From assembly GCA_024711025.1 (NCBI GenBank), contig JANJTP010000019.1:10005-74004 (forward strand): 64,000 bases of DNA, written 5' to 3'. Each line of letters starts with the position of its first letter. Positions within the stretch are counted from its first letter, which is position 1. The notes beneath the pieces are model-generated. The model saw only the letters and a list, made by a program, of their open reading frames with translations. It was not told the DNA's origin and searched no databases. This stretch comes from Solirubrobacteraceae bacterium (GTDB lineage Bacteria > Actinomycetota > Thermoleophilia > Solirubrobacterales > Solirubrobacteraceae). The position numbers and the translations under genes were made by a program. Positions 1 to 8,600 of this stretch are shown here, in pieces.

Positions 1-282
1 CGGCAGGTAGCCGACGCGCATCCGGCGCGCGGCCGCCGAGCCGTCGGACGAGGAGATGGCGGTGCTCGCGCCCGCGTCGGCGCCGGCGGAGGCGCCGTCG
101 GCGCCGCTGTTGCCGCAGGCGGCGAGCAGTCCGGCACCGGCTGCTCCGAGGCCCAGCGCGGTGGCGTGCCGCAGGAAGGCCGCGCGTGTCAGCGTCGTGT
201 CGCGAGCGCCTCGGGTGCTCGCGGGGTGGTTGTGGAGGGGGTGGGAGCAGGAGGCTCCGGGGGTCTTCGGCGGGTTTGTCAT
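1..282 (-). CDS. ABC transporter substrate-binding lipoprotein (SsuA/NMT1-like), 5' part only; gene continues past the left edge
   Basis: Own minus-strand translation from ATG 282-280: MTNPPKTPGASCSHPLHNHPASTRGARDTTLTRAAFLRHATALGLGAAGAGLLAACGNSGADG...RMRVGYLP. It shows a Tat-like TRAAFL motif, a hydrophobic core and a Cys lipobox. It lies directly downstream of an SsuB/TauB-like ATPase. Not in the ORF track because it is truncated by the window edge. Confidence 0.55.
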   Translation of the reverse strand, partial: MTNPPKTPGASCSHPLHNHPASTRGARDTTLTRAAFLRHATALGLGAAGAGLLAACGNSGADGASAGADAGASTAISSSDGSAAARRMRVGYLP

Positions 283-423
283 CGAGATGCGGCTCTAGGT
301 CGGGGAGGTCATGGTGGTCTTCGGATGGCTGAGGGTCCGGGGTCGTAGGGGGTCGTGGAACGGTCACCGGCGCCTTCCGGGCGCCTCACGGATCGGATGG
401 TCGAGAGCGCAGACGGCGAGCGG

Positions 424-1167
424 TCAGATGGCGAGGGCGAGCTCGCGCCCGGCTCGCACGGTCGTCTCGTAGAGCGACAGCAGCTCGGCGCGCTCGGGCA
501 GCGTCGGCAGCTCGCCGCGCGAGACGCGGCGCGGCTCCCAGATCGGCCCGATCCCCGGCACGCCGTGGCGCAGCAGCCCGACGCGATGGCCGAGGTAGAG
601 CGCTTCGTCGGGATCGTGGGTGACGATCACGATCGCCGGGCCGAGTTCGACCGCAAGTCCGCGCAGCCAGTCCTGCATCGCCCAGCGAGCGGCCGGATCG
701 AGCGCCGCGAACGGCTCGTCGAGCAGCAGCACGTCGGGGTCGATCGCCATCGCGCGCGCGATCGCGACGAGCTGCTGCTGCCCGCCGGACAGCTCGCGCG
801 GGAGCCGCTCGGCGACGTGGGCGATGCCGAAGTCGGCGAGCAGCGCGTCGACGTCGATCCGGCCGGCCGCGTCGCGGTTGGCGGCGAGGCGCTGGCCGAA
901 GCGGACGTTCGCGCGCACGTCGAGCCAGGGGAGCAGCGCCGGGCGCTGGATCACGAGCGACGGGCGACGGCCCTCCTCGGCATGCTCGATCGTGCCCTCG
1001 GTCAGCGGCTCGACGCCGGCCAGCGCGCGCAGGAGCGTCGACTTGCCGCAGCCGCTGGGGCCGACGAGCGCAAACGTCTCGCCGGCTCGCAGCTCGAGGT
1101 CGACGGCCGCGAAGACGTCGGCGGTCGCTCCCTCGTAGCGGTATCGCGCTTCGCGGACCGCGACCAC
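424..1167 (-). CDS. ABC transporter ATP-binding protein, nitrate/sulfonate/taurine (SsuB/TauB) type
   Basis: C-terminal ~247 aa of ORF 424..2049(-): Walker A GPSGCGKST, signature LSGGQQQ, Walker B LLLDEPF, H-loop THD. The upstream ~290 aa of that ORF are Arg/Pro-rich and overlap the acyl-CoA-DH-like gene in another frame. Start set at in-frame GTG 1167 and could be slightly further upstream. Confidence 0.85.
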   Translation of the reverse strand: MVAVREARYRYEGATADVFAAVDLELRAGETFALVGPSGCGKSTLLRALAGVEPLTEGTIEHAEEGRRPSLVIQRPALLPWLDVRANVRFGQRLAANRDAAGRIDVDALLADFGIAHVAERLPRELSGGQQQLVAIARAMAIDPDVLLLDEPFAALDPAARWAMQDWLRGLAVELGPAIVIVTHDPDEALYLGHRVGLLRHGVPGIGPIWEPRRVSRGELPTLPERAELLSLYETTVRAGRELALAI

Positions 1168-1229
1168 CGCGGACGCCGTCGCGTCGGCGGCTGCCGCAGC
1201 TCCGGCCGCGGCCGTCGTCGGATCGGCGG

Positions 1230-2261
1230 TTACCGGAGCTCCCACCGCAGCTGCCCTTCGGTCGGCGACTGGACGGGGAGGAAGGCGGCCTCGCGCAGAC
1301 GGCGCGCCGTCGGGCTGGCGGCGATGTAGCCGCGCCCGCCGGTGAGGGTCGCCTCCACCCGCACCGCTTCGCGTGCCACGACGGCAACATCCAGCCGCAG
1401 CCGCACGAGCTCGCGGATCGGGACGTCCTCGTCGTCCGCGAGCGCGGCGAGTCGCTGCGCGGTGCGCTCGTGCTCGCGGGAGAGCCGGGCGTGCTCGTCG
1501 GCGAGCTCCGCCCCCAGGCCGGTGAGCCGCCCGGCCCCGGCCGAGAGCGCGGCACGCGCGAGCCCCAGGCAGAAGCCGCTCTGCAGGGCGAGGAACGGTC
1601 TGCGCACGCGGGCCACGAAGGCGTGGAAGGGCTCGATGTGCCGGGCATCCGCTTCGACGCGCGCCGCCTCGAAGACCAGCCGGCCGGACGCGGTCGCCTC
1701 CAGGGCGAGCAGCCCGCGCGCAGGCGAGATCGTCAGTCCGTCCGTTCCGACAGGCACGGCGAGGATCGCGGGGCCCGCCTCGTCGACGTCGACGGCCAGG
1801 ACGACAAGCGCGTCGTCGTGCAGGTTGGAGGCCCAGGCGATGCTGCCGTCCAGCACGAGCGCATGGCCGTGGCGGCGAGCGCGGACCGAGAGCCGCTCGA
1901 GGCCGACGTAGGCCTTGAACGCGCCCGCCATAGCCGAGCTGCCGATGCGCCGCAGGTCGGCCAGATCGGCCACCCGCTCGCCGCCGCCCGGGGCGAGGTA
2001 CTCGAGCGCCATGCGGTGCCCCCAGGCGCAGAAGGCGCTCGACAGGCACTCGCCGGCGACCGCGCCGAGGACCGCCGCCATGTCGGCGATCGTGCCGGGG
2101 TGGCCGGGTGCGCCGAGCGTCAGCAGGCCCGCCTGCGCCAGCTCGACAAGGGCCTGTCGCGGATCGTCGGTCGCCGCGTCGACGGCAGTGGCGCGCTCGG
2201 CGATCCGCTCGAGCAGCGCCTGCGGCACGGCCGCTGCGGCGAGCGCCTGATCAGCGGGCAT
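1230..2261 (-). CDS. acyl-CoA dehydrogenase family protein (possibly SfnB/DszC-like sulfur-scavenging flavoenzyme)
   Basis: ORF 1230..2261(-), 343 aa, non-biased composition, acyl-CoA dehydrogenase-like middle and C-terminal helical regions. The sulfur-scavenging role is inferred only from the adjacent sulfonate-type ABC genes. Confidence 0.65.
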   Translation of the reverse strand: MPADQALAAAAVPQALLERIAERATAVDAATDDPRQALVELAQAGLLTLGAPGHPGTIADMAAVLGAVAGECLSSAFCAWGHRMALEYLAPGGGERVADLADLRRIGSSAMAGAFKAYVGLERLSVRARRHGHALVLDGSIAWASNLHDDALVVLAVDVDEAGPAILAVPVGTDGLTISPARGLLALEATASGRLVFEAARVEADARHIEPFHAFVARVRRPFLALQSGFCLGLARAALSAGAGRLTGLGAELADEHARLSREHERTAQRLAALADDEDVPIRELVRLRLDVAVVAREAVRVEATLTGGRGYIAASPTARRLREAAFLPVQSPTEGQLRWELR

Positions 2262-2799
2262 TGCTCGGGGCGGGGGCTCCGCCGAGGTCGTGGAGGCGCG
2301 AGATCGGTGTCTGGACGACGTCGCGGGCGCGGCGCACGTCCGCCTCGCAGCCGGCGTCGTAGAGGCAGAGGCACTTCGACATGTCCTCGCGTACGTATGT
2401 GCGCAGGAACGTCACCTCGGGCACCTCGGCGTAGAGCGGCGACTTCTCCCGCTTGCGCTCGAGGTACGTCTCCATAGTCAGCTCGGCGGGGAAGTCCCAC
2501 TCGACGAGGTAGCGGGCACTCGTACCGCGCGCGGCACGGACGTCGCTCTCGCTCGCGCCGACGAGCCGTACCTGGTCTGGGCCCGTGAAGGGCAGCCCGG
2601 AGACCCTGCCGGCGGCGTGGGCCACCGCCCGCTCCGGTGCGCTGATGACGACGAAGGCACGCGTGTGGTCGCCGGTGACGGCGGCCTCGAGCACCTCGCC
2701 GCCCGCACCCTCGGCGGCGTCGGCTACGCGCTCGAGCAGCTCCTGCGCCTCGTCGCGTCCGGCCGTGCCCAGCGGCAGCTCGAGAAGAAAAAGACTCAT
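2251..2799 (-). CDS. tandem DUF4242-like (SCO4226-type) small alpha/beta protein
   Basis: ORF 2251..2799(-), 182 aa. Both halves fit my recollection of the DUF4242 pattern, e.g. second half ARYLVEWDFPAELT...TFLRTYVREDMSKCLCLYDAGCEADVRRARDVVQTPISRLHDL. Its stop overlaps the next gene's start by 11 nt. Confidence 0.55.
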   Translation of the reverse strand: MSLFLLELPLGTAGRDEAQELLERVADAAEGAGGEVLEAAVTGDHTRAFVVISAPERAVAHAAGRVSGLPFTGPDQVRLVGASESDVRAARGTSARYLVEWDFPAELTMETYLERKREKSPLYAEVPEVTFLRTYVREDMSKCLCLYDAGCEADVRRARDVVQTPISRLHDLGGAPAPSNAR

Positions 2800-2884
2800 T
2801 TCCGATCCCCTTTAATGGATTTCGGCGGCGAACCTAGCACGGGGACCGGCGGCGTCGGACGGCGCCGAGCCCGGTCCCGGGTGG

Positions 2885-3320
2885 GCGCGCTCGGGGCGGG
2901 GTGCGGCTCGGGGGCGGTGCGGCTTGGGGGGCGGGAGGCGCTCGGGGGCGGGAGGCGCTCGGGGCGGTGCCGCTTGGGGGGTGAGAGGCGCTCGGGGCGG
3001 TGCGTACCCGGTCGCAACGGGGTGCTCCGGGCACGGGGTGCTCCGGGGTGACGGGGTGCTCCGGGGCGACGGGGTGCTCCGGGGCGACGGGGTGCTCCGG
3101 GGCGACGGGTGTTCCGGGCAACGGGGTGCTCCCGGGACGACGCGTGCGACGGCGTCGTGGCGCGGTCGGGTTTGGGGCGCGGTCGGGTTTGGGGCGAGCG
3201 CGGGTCGGGCGCGGGGCGGGCGCGAGGCGAGCGCGGTCGGGTTGGGGCGAGCGTGGGGCGGGCGCGGGACGGTCGCGATCAGGCACCCGATCTGACCGCG
3301 ATCGGGCACCCGATCGGGCC
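2885..3320. repeat. G-rich minisatellite field (several tandem-repeat families, units 11-18 nt)
   Basis: Read directly. GGCGCTCGGGG(G)CGG and GGTGC(C)GCTTGGGGGG units at 2885-3005. Seven head-to-tail copies of ACGGGGTGCTCCGGGGCG at 3017-3136 (3051-3104 are three identical 18-mers). GCGGTCGGGTTTGGGG x2 plus degenerate copies at 3160-3260. GGCACCCGATC x2 at 3271-3320. No credible ORF. Confidence 0.9.
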
Positions 3321-3442
3321 GCGCGGGGGACCAGCCTGACCGGGTGCGGAGGTCGCCTTGGGGAGATGGTCGGCGGCAGTTGCCCCGCGAAACGTGACGG
3401 CCCCCACGCCGCGTGGGCATGGGGGCCGTCAGGTCAGGCTCT

Positions 3443-3529
<87 letters not shown>

Positions 3530-3601
3530 GCAGCAGGCCGGGACGATAGCAACGGCGCCCCGGCCACGGGCATCGCCCTTGCTATCCTGCCGGGTCCCCG
3601 A

Positions 3602-3674
3602 GCCGCCATCGTCTAGGGGACTAGGACGCCGCCCTCTCACGGCGGAAACCGGGGTTCGAATCCCCGTGGCGGTA
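3602..3674 (+). tRNA. tRNA-Glu (anticodon CUC)
   Basis: GCCGCCA-TC-GTCTAGGGGACTAGGAC-G-CCGCC-CTCTCAC-GGCGG-AAAC-CGGGG-TTCGAAT-CCCCG-TGGCGGT-A. The cloverleaf folds with a G1:U72 wobble and is very close to canonical bacterial tRNA-Glu (GTCTAG..GGAC D-arm, CACGGCGG anticodon arm). Confidence 0.9.
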
Positions 3675-3730
3675 CTCCCGCAAGCCCTGCATATCGTGGT
3701 TTCTGTAGGCGTTCAGTGACCCCGGTGCAG

Positions 3731-4740
3731 TCAATGCCAGGAGCGGGACGGGATCGCCGCGGGTGTGGGCGCGAAGCGCGTCGATGACGTAGGCATGGAG
3801 GCTGCGGCGTTGCAGCCGGCAGGTGGGGTGCGCCGACAGCGGCCGGGCGATGCGGCGCTCGACGTCCTCGGACTGGCTGCCGAGGCTGAGCTTGCGGTAG
3901 ATGACGGCGCCGCGCAGGGCTCGTTCGGCATGGTTGTTGGTCGGCTGGACACCGTCGTGGCCGGCGAACGTCCACAGCGCCGGCCAGAGCTTGAGCACGT
4001 TGCGCGCCAGCCCGCGGGTGCGCTTGTAGCGCGGTGCCTTGCCGGACTAGGTGCGCAGGATCGGCTTCCGTTCGCGTTGTAGCTGGCGGACCTGGCGCTT
4101 GAGCTGGTCGGGGCTGCTCGCAGATCCGTAGGCCATGCTCGCCGAAGTCCTTCTCGGCGGCCAGCCCGTCGGCCTGGGCTTGGAAGTCGCGCTTCAGGTA
4201 TCGGATGTGACGATCGCCGTCGTGTCGCCCAGCAGCGCCTTCGCCTGGTCCTCGTGGCGGTCAAGCACGATCCGCAGCACGACGTGGCGGTCGGTGAACG
4301 CGCCCCACAGCGCGCGCCGCTCACCCGCGGTGCGCCAGCCGGTCTCATCCATGTTTAACGCGCCGGCGGCGCGCACGCGCTCGAGCAGATCGTTATGAGG
4401 CTCCTCGAGCGCGTCGGTGACGCGCGTGACGATCACGTCGAACTTGCCGCTGCCCGGGCTGACCGCTTGCGCTCCGACCGCTCCTTGCCGCGCCGGGGTG
4501 GCGCGTTCGGGGGATCGGCGCTCGGCGGCTGTGACGATTTGCGAGACGAGCGCTTGACCTGGCACTCGAGCTGCACGATCCGCTCGTCCTGCTGGGCGAC
4601 GTGCTTCGCCTAACCGGTGGATCTGCTCGTCCACCCGCAGCAGCACCGCGACGACGGCCTCCTTGCCCTGCAGGTAGACCGCCTCCGCCGCAGCCCGCTC
4701 TACGCCACCGGATTCGCCACCGGCCGGTTATGTCCCCTTC
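3731..4740 (-). pseudogene. IS66-family transposase remnant (frameshifted, internal stop, internally deleted)
   Basis: Minus-strand fragments in at least two frames. ALNMDETGWRTAGERRALWGAFTDRHVVLRIVLDRHEDQAKALLGDTTAIVTSD is the DDE core. RYKRTRGLARNVLKLWPALWTFAGHDGVQPTNNHAERALRGAVIYRKLSLGSQSEDVERRIARPLSAHPTCRLQRRSLHAYVIDAL carries the IS66 C-terminal TNNxAER motif. There is an in-frame TAG near 4048. Total length is ~1 kb versus ~1.5 kb for an intact gene. No terminal inverted repeats were recognised. Confidence 0.75.
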
Positions 4741-4853
4741 AACCGACTGAACGCTTAGGGTTTCGCGCGTCTGGGCAGGTCGTTGTCCCGCTGCGACCGT
4801 GGTATGACCGTGAAATCCTTGACCCCGGCACGCTGGTGGCCGATGTTGTCGTC

Positions 4854-5669
4854 ATGGATTGGGCAAGTCACTGGTGGACAACGCAGCGCGCCCGCGCGCG
4901 AACTGGTCGCGGTCGGATCGCGTTGGGCATGTTGGGTCTGCTTGGCCTTCTCGTCATTTCTGACAACCCAGTCGCCGCGCAAGTCGTTGTCGTCGTGGTG
5001 CTGGCACCGCTGCTCTGGCTCTTCAGCTGGTGGCTCGCTGGGGGCATTCACCGCACGTGGGAGGGCCTAGTAGCCGGGAAGCCTCCGGAGGTAGCGATCG
5101 GGCGCGCGTGGCGGCGAAGCGGCGCCCGGCAGCAGCTACGTGAGGACCAGCATGCACACTTCTTCCACGACCGCGGAGGCATTCTGATGCGCCGCCGGGA
5201 TTGGTTCATCGCGACCGGAACCCCGCCGCTGCGGGTCGATCCGGAGACGGTCGCCGCGGCGGCGAGCGCTCAGCAGGACCACCCGCGGTACGTGACGACG
5301 TACAGCGACCGGAGCTATTGGTGGCACCAGGACGCCTTCTACTGGACCAATTGCCCGGAACTGACCGGCGAGGACATAAAGGCGCTGCTCTTCGCTCGTG
5401 AGCGTCGTCAAAAGCGGGAGCTAGAGCACGCACACGCAGTGCTCGCCGCGGCATCCGCTCTGCTGCCCGAACGCAAGCGGCAGCCGATCCCGCGTGATGT
5501 GAAGCTCGCCGTCTTCCAGCGCGACGAGGGTGCCTGCGTCGAGTGCGCTAGCAACTTCGACATCCAGTACGACCACATCATCCCATTCTCAATGGGCGGG
5601 TCCAACACCGCCGACAACCTCCAGTTGCTCTGCGGGCGCTGCAACCAGAAGAAGGGCGGGCGGCTCTAG
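4854..5669 (+). CDS. membrane-anchored HNH endonuclease domain protein
   Basis: 3' 271 codons of ORF 4617..5669(+) from ATG 4854. Two N-terminal hydrophobic helices (IALGMLGLLGLLVI, VVVVVVLAPLLWLFSWWLAGG). A W/Y-rich middle region (YSDRSYWWHQDAFYW). C-terminal HNH/zinc-ribbon: PRDVKLAVFQRDEGACVECASNFDIQYDHIIPFSMGGSNTADNLQLLCGRCNQKKG. Visibly lower GC than the surroundings. Confidence 0.75.
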   Translation: MDWASHWWTTQRARARTGRGRIALGMLGLLGLLVISDNPVAAQVVVVVVLAPLLWLFSWWLAGGIHRTWEGLVAGKPPEVAIGRAWRRSGARQQLREDQHAHFFHDRGGILMRRRDWFIATGTPPLRVDPETVAAAASAQQDHPRYVTTYSDRSYWWHQDAFYWTNCPELTGEDIKALLFARERRQKRELEHAHAVLAAASALLPERKRQPIPRDVKLAVFQRDEGACVECASNFDIQYDHIIPFSMGGSNTADNLQLLCGRCNQKKGGRL

Positions 5670-5778
5670 CCCACCGCGCGGGTTCAGCCCCAGGGGTAGA
5701 TCCAGGTGTCCACGAAAAAAGAGTGGGCGGGACCGGCGCTTCAGCTCCCGTTGAGGTCCGGCAATAGCCTGGGTTCGG

Positions 5779-6618
5779 ATGCTCAGCCGCCCTCGTGTCT
5801 CGCTTCTCGCCGCGCTCGGCTGCCTGATCGGCCTGGCGCTGACCGGGGTGCTCGCCTACCTCGTGCCGGTCGTCCAGGTGCGTGACTCGGCGACCCTCGA
5901 GGGCTTCGCGGCGCTCAACGGGCCGCGGTTGACGCCCCTGGTCGATCGCATCGCGCATCTCGCCGACCCGCTGCCCTACGCCGTGATCGGCCTCGCGCTG
6001 GCTGCGCTGGCCCTCGTACGGGGGCGCGCGCGGGTCGCGGTGGCGATCGTCGGGCTGCTGCTTCTCACCGGTGCGACGACGCAGGTCCTCAAGCAGCTGC
6101 TGGCGCACCCGCGATCGTCGGACTGGCTTTCCGGCTGGTCGATCAGCGCCCACTCGTGGCCGAGCGGCCACGCGACCGCAGCGATGACGCTCGCGCTCTG
6201 CGCCGTGCTGGCGGTGCCGGCGATGCTGCGGCCCACGGCCGCCGTGCTGGGTGCGGCCTTCGCGATCGCGGTCTCCTACGCGATCCTCGTGCTCGGCTGG
6301 CACTTCCCCAGCGACGTCCTCGGCGGCTTCCTCGTCGCTGCGTTCTGGGCGCTGCTGGCCGTCGCGGCGCTCGTGGCACTCGAGCGCCGCCATCCTCGCC
6401 GCGTGCCGCGCGAGCCGTCGCCATCAGCGGTGGTCGCGGCCGGCCCGATCGCGCTTGGCGTCGCGGCGGCGGTCGCCGGTCTGCTGATCGTCGTCCAGCG
6501 TCCGCATGCCCTCGCCGAGCTCGCGCTGGAGCGTCCGACGTTCCTCGGCGGCGCGCTGGCGATCGCCGTCCTCGCGGCGTCGCTCGCGGTGGGGCTGGCG
6601 AGGATCGTTCGCCGGTGA
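5779..6618 (+). CDS. PAP2-family (phosphatidic acid/undecaprenyl-PP-type) membrane phosphatase
   Basis: ORF 5779..6618(+), polytopic, with the three PAP2 motifs KQLLAHPR, WPSGHAT and GWHFPSDVLGG. Confidence 0.85.
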   Translation: MLSRPRVSLLAALGCLIGLALTGVLAYLVPVVQVRDSATLEGFAALNGPRLTPLVDRIAHLADPLPYAVIGLALAALALVRGRARVAVAIVGLLLLTGATTQVLKQLLAHPRSSDWLSGWSISAHSWPSGHATAAMTLALCAVLAVPAMLRPTAAVLGAAFAIAVSYAILVLGWHFPSDVLGGFLVAAFWALLAVAALVALERRHPRRVPREPSPSAVVAAGPIALGVAAAVAGLLIVVQRPHALAELALERPTFLGGALAIAVLAASLAVGLARIVRR

Positions 6619-6743
6619 GAGGCGCCCGCCGTACGCGTGCGCACCGCATCGAAGTGAGGCTTCGTCTCTCGTGGCGACCGGCGATGGCGTCTCGCGGGGG
6701 CTGACCGCCCGATGTCACGGACGGTGGGACGCCGTCACGGTCG

Positions 6744-6872
6744 GACGCCGGCCGCGAACCCGCCCGAGCCGGCCGCGAACCAGACGCCAGCGAGCCGTCG
6801 ACCCGCCGGGAGCCGGCCGCGAACCAGCCGCTCAGCGAGCCGTCGATCCGTCGGGAACTGGCCGTCGATTCG
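6744..6872. repeat. imperfect ~45-nt tandem repeat (x2 plus partial copies)
   Basis: GAGCCGGCCGCGAACCAGACGCCAGCGAGCCGTCGACCCGCCGGG (6766-6810) is followed by AGCCGGCCGCGAACCAGCCGCTCAGCGAGCCGTCGATCCGTCGGGA (6811-6856), with partial copies on both sides. Confidence 0.85.
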
Positions 6873-7070
6873 CCACCCGAGAGATGGGAGCCCCGACCGT
6901 GGCTGCATAAACCCAGCGCATACCGATGTTTCTGCAGCCACGTTCGGGACTGTCCGTCGGTCGGATGCGGCGGCAAGCGAAACGGAAGGCCGAGAACCTA
7001 ATAACCTTCGATCCGATCGCAGGTGCCATCGAAAACCGAGGTATGCATCGGCGTATGAGTCGACGCGCGC

Positions 7071-7209
7071 CGCGGATCCCGGATGCGCGCGGGTCCCGCA
7101 CACGCCGCGGATCCCGGATGCGTGCGGCAAGGGATCCCGGATGCGTGCGGCAAGGGATCCCGCACACGCCACGGATTCCGCACACGCAGCGGATCCCGGA
7201 CACGCAGCC
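7071..7209. repeat. array of ~7 units (18-23 nt), most opening with GGATCC(C) (the 5th reads GGATTCC), directly upstream of the aminotransferase gene
   Basis: CGCGGATCCCGGATGCGCGCGG / GTCCCGCACACGCCGC / GGATCCCGGATGCGTGCGGCAAG x2 (identical) / GGATCCCGCACACGCCAC / GGATTCCGCACACGCAGC / GGATCCCGGACACGCAGCC. The array ends 36 nt before GTG 7245. Confidence 0.85.
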
Positions 7210-7244
7210 GAGCAGCGTCCTTCCACAAGCGAGGTCAACCCGTC

Positions 7245-8600
7245 GTGATCACCGCCAGCCGCCTCCAAGAGCTCCTCGAACGCGAGCGAGCTGCGTTCCG
7301 CGTGAGCCATCCGAAGTCGGGCGCCGCCTACGAGGCGGCCGACCACCTCTTCGGCCACGTCCCGATGACCTGGATGAACAAGACGGCCGCCGGCCATCCG
7401 CTCTACCTGGACCGCGCCCGCGGCGCGCACGTCTGGGACATCGACGGCCACGAGTACGTCGACCTGTGCCTTGGTGACACCGGAGCGATGGCCGGCCACT
7501 CGCCGCCCCCGACCGTACGTGCGGTCGCCGATCGCTTCGGCGAGCTCGGCGGTGCGACGGCGATGATGCCCACGGAGGACGCCGAGTGGGTGGGGGCCGA
7601 GCTGGCGCGCCGCTTCGGCATGCCGCTCTGGAGCTTCTCGCTGACCGCGACCGACGCCAATCGCTGGGCGATCCGCCTCGCCCGCGCGATGACCGGCCGC
7701 CCCAAGATCCTCTTCAACAGCTACTGCTACCACGGTAGCGTCGACGAGTCGCTGATCGTCGTCGGACCTGACGGCGAGGCCGCGAGCCGCGCCGGCAACG
7801 TCGGCGCCCCCTGCGACGTGACGCTCACCAGCCGCGTCGCCGAGTTCAACGACCTCGAGCGGCTCGAGCGGGAGCTCGCCCACGGCGACGTCGCGGCCGT
7901 CCTCATGGAGCCGGCGCTGACCAACATCGGCATCGTGCTGCCGGAGCCTGGCTATTTGGAGGGCGTGCGCGAGCTCTCGCGGCGCCACGGAGCGCTGCTG
8001 ATCAACGACGAGACCCACACCTTCTCGGCGGGCCCCGGCGGCGCGACCGCCGCATGGGGCCTGGAGCCCGACGTGCTCACCGTCGGCAAGGCGCTCGGCG
8101 GCGGCATCCCCTGCGGCGCGTACGGGCTGTCGGGCCAGCTCGGGGAGCGGATCTCGGCTCGTGCCGACCTCGACTTGGTCGACATGGGCGGCGTCGGCGG
8201 CACGCTCGCCGGCAACCCGGTGTCGATGGCCGCGATGCGGGCCACGCTCGAGCACGTCCTCACGGACGAGGCGTTCGCCGGTATGACCGCGCTCGCGACG
8301 CGCTTCGTCGAGGGGGTCCGGGGCGTGATCGACAGCTTCGAGGTCCCCTGGTCGATCGTCCAGCTCGGCGCCCGCGCCGAGTACCGCTTCACGAGCCCCG
8401 CGCCGCGCAACGGCGGTCTGTCGGCGGCCGCGCATGCGCCGGACCTGGACGACTACCTGCACGTCTATCTCGCCAACCGCGGGATCCTGCTGACGCCGTT
8501 CCACGCGATGGCGCTGATGTGCCCCGACACGACGGAGGCCGACGTCGACCGCCACCACGAGGTCTTCGCCGAGGCGGTCCGCGAGCTGGTGGGCAAGTGA
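7245..8600 (+). CDS. class III (PLP-dependent) aminotransferase, glutamate-1-semialdehyde aminomutase-like
   Basis: In-frame part of ORF 7083..8600(+). GTG 7245 is preceded by GAGG at 7231. The family pattern runs throughout (DLCLGDTGAMAGHSPP, LMEPALTNIGIVLPEPGYL, LINDETHT, PLP-lysine context DVLTVGKALGGGIP). Upstream codons lie inside the GGATCC repeat array and read as junk. Confidence 0.85.
   Translation: MITASRLQELLERERAAFRVSHPKSGAAYEAADHLFGHVPMTWMNKTAAGHPLYLDRARGAHVWDIDGHEYVDLCLGDTGAMAGHSPPPTVRAVADRFGELGGATAMMPTEDAEWVGAELARRFGMPLWSFSLTATDANRWAIRLARAMTGRPKILFNSYCYHGSVDESLIVVGPDGEAASRAGNVGAPCDVTLTSRVAEFNDLERLERELAHGDVAAVLMEPALTNIGIVLPEPGYLEGVRELSRRHGALLINDETHTFSAGPGGATAAWGLEPDVLTVGKALGGGIPCGAYGLSGQLGERISARADLDLVDMGGVGGTLAGNPVSMAAMRATLEHVLTDEAFAGMTALATRFVEGVRGVIDSFEVPWSIVQLGARAEYRFTSPAPRNGGLSAAAHAPDLDDYLHVYLANRGILLTPFHAMALMCPDTTEADVDRHHEVFAEAVRELVGK

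Noticed and set aside
424-2049. Full 541-aa reading of the ABC ATPase ORF
   Set aside because: Only the last ~247 aa are ABC-like. The N-terminal part overlaps the acyl-CoA-DH-like gene in another frame and is Arg/Pro junk. The gene was shortened to the GTG at 1167.
3017-3136. Possible CRISPR array (regular short repeats)
   Set aside because: The units are directly abutting with no unique spacers. The unit length of 16-18 nt is too short, and there are no cas genes in the window. This is a minisatellite, not CRISPR.
5670-5778. Direct repeat of the tRNA-Glu 3' end (att site) that would bound the islet
   Set aside because: Only a weak resemblance was found (CTGGGTTCGGATGCTC versus CGGGGTTCGAATCCCC), and there is no integrase. 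This is insufficient to call an att site or an intact island boundary.
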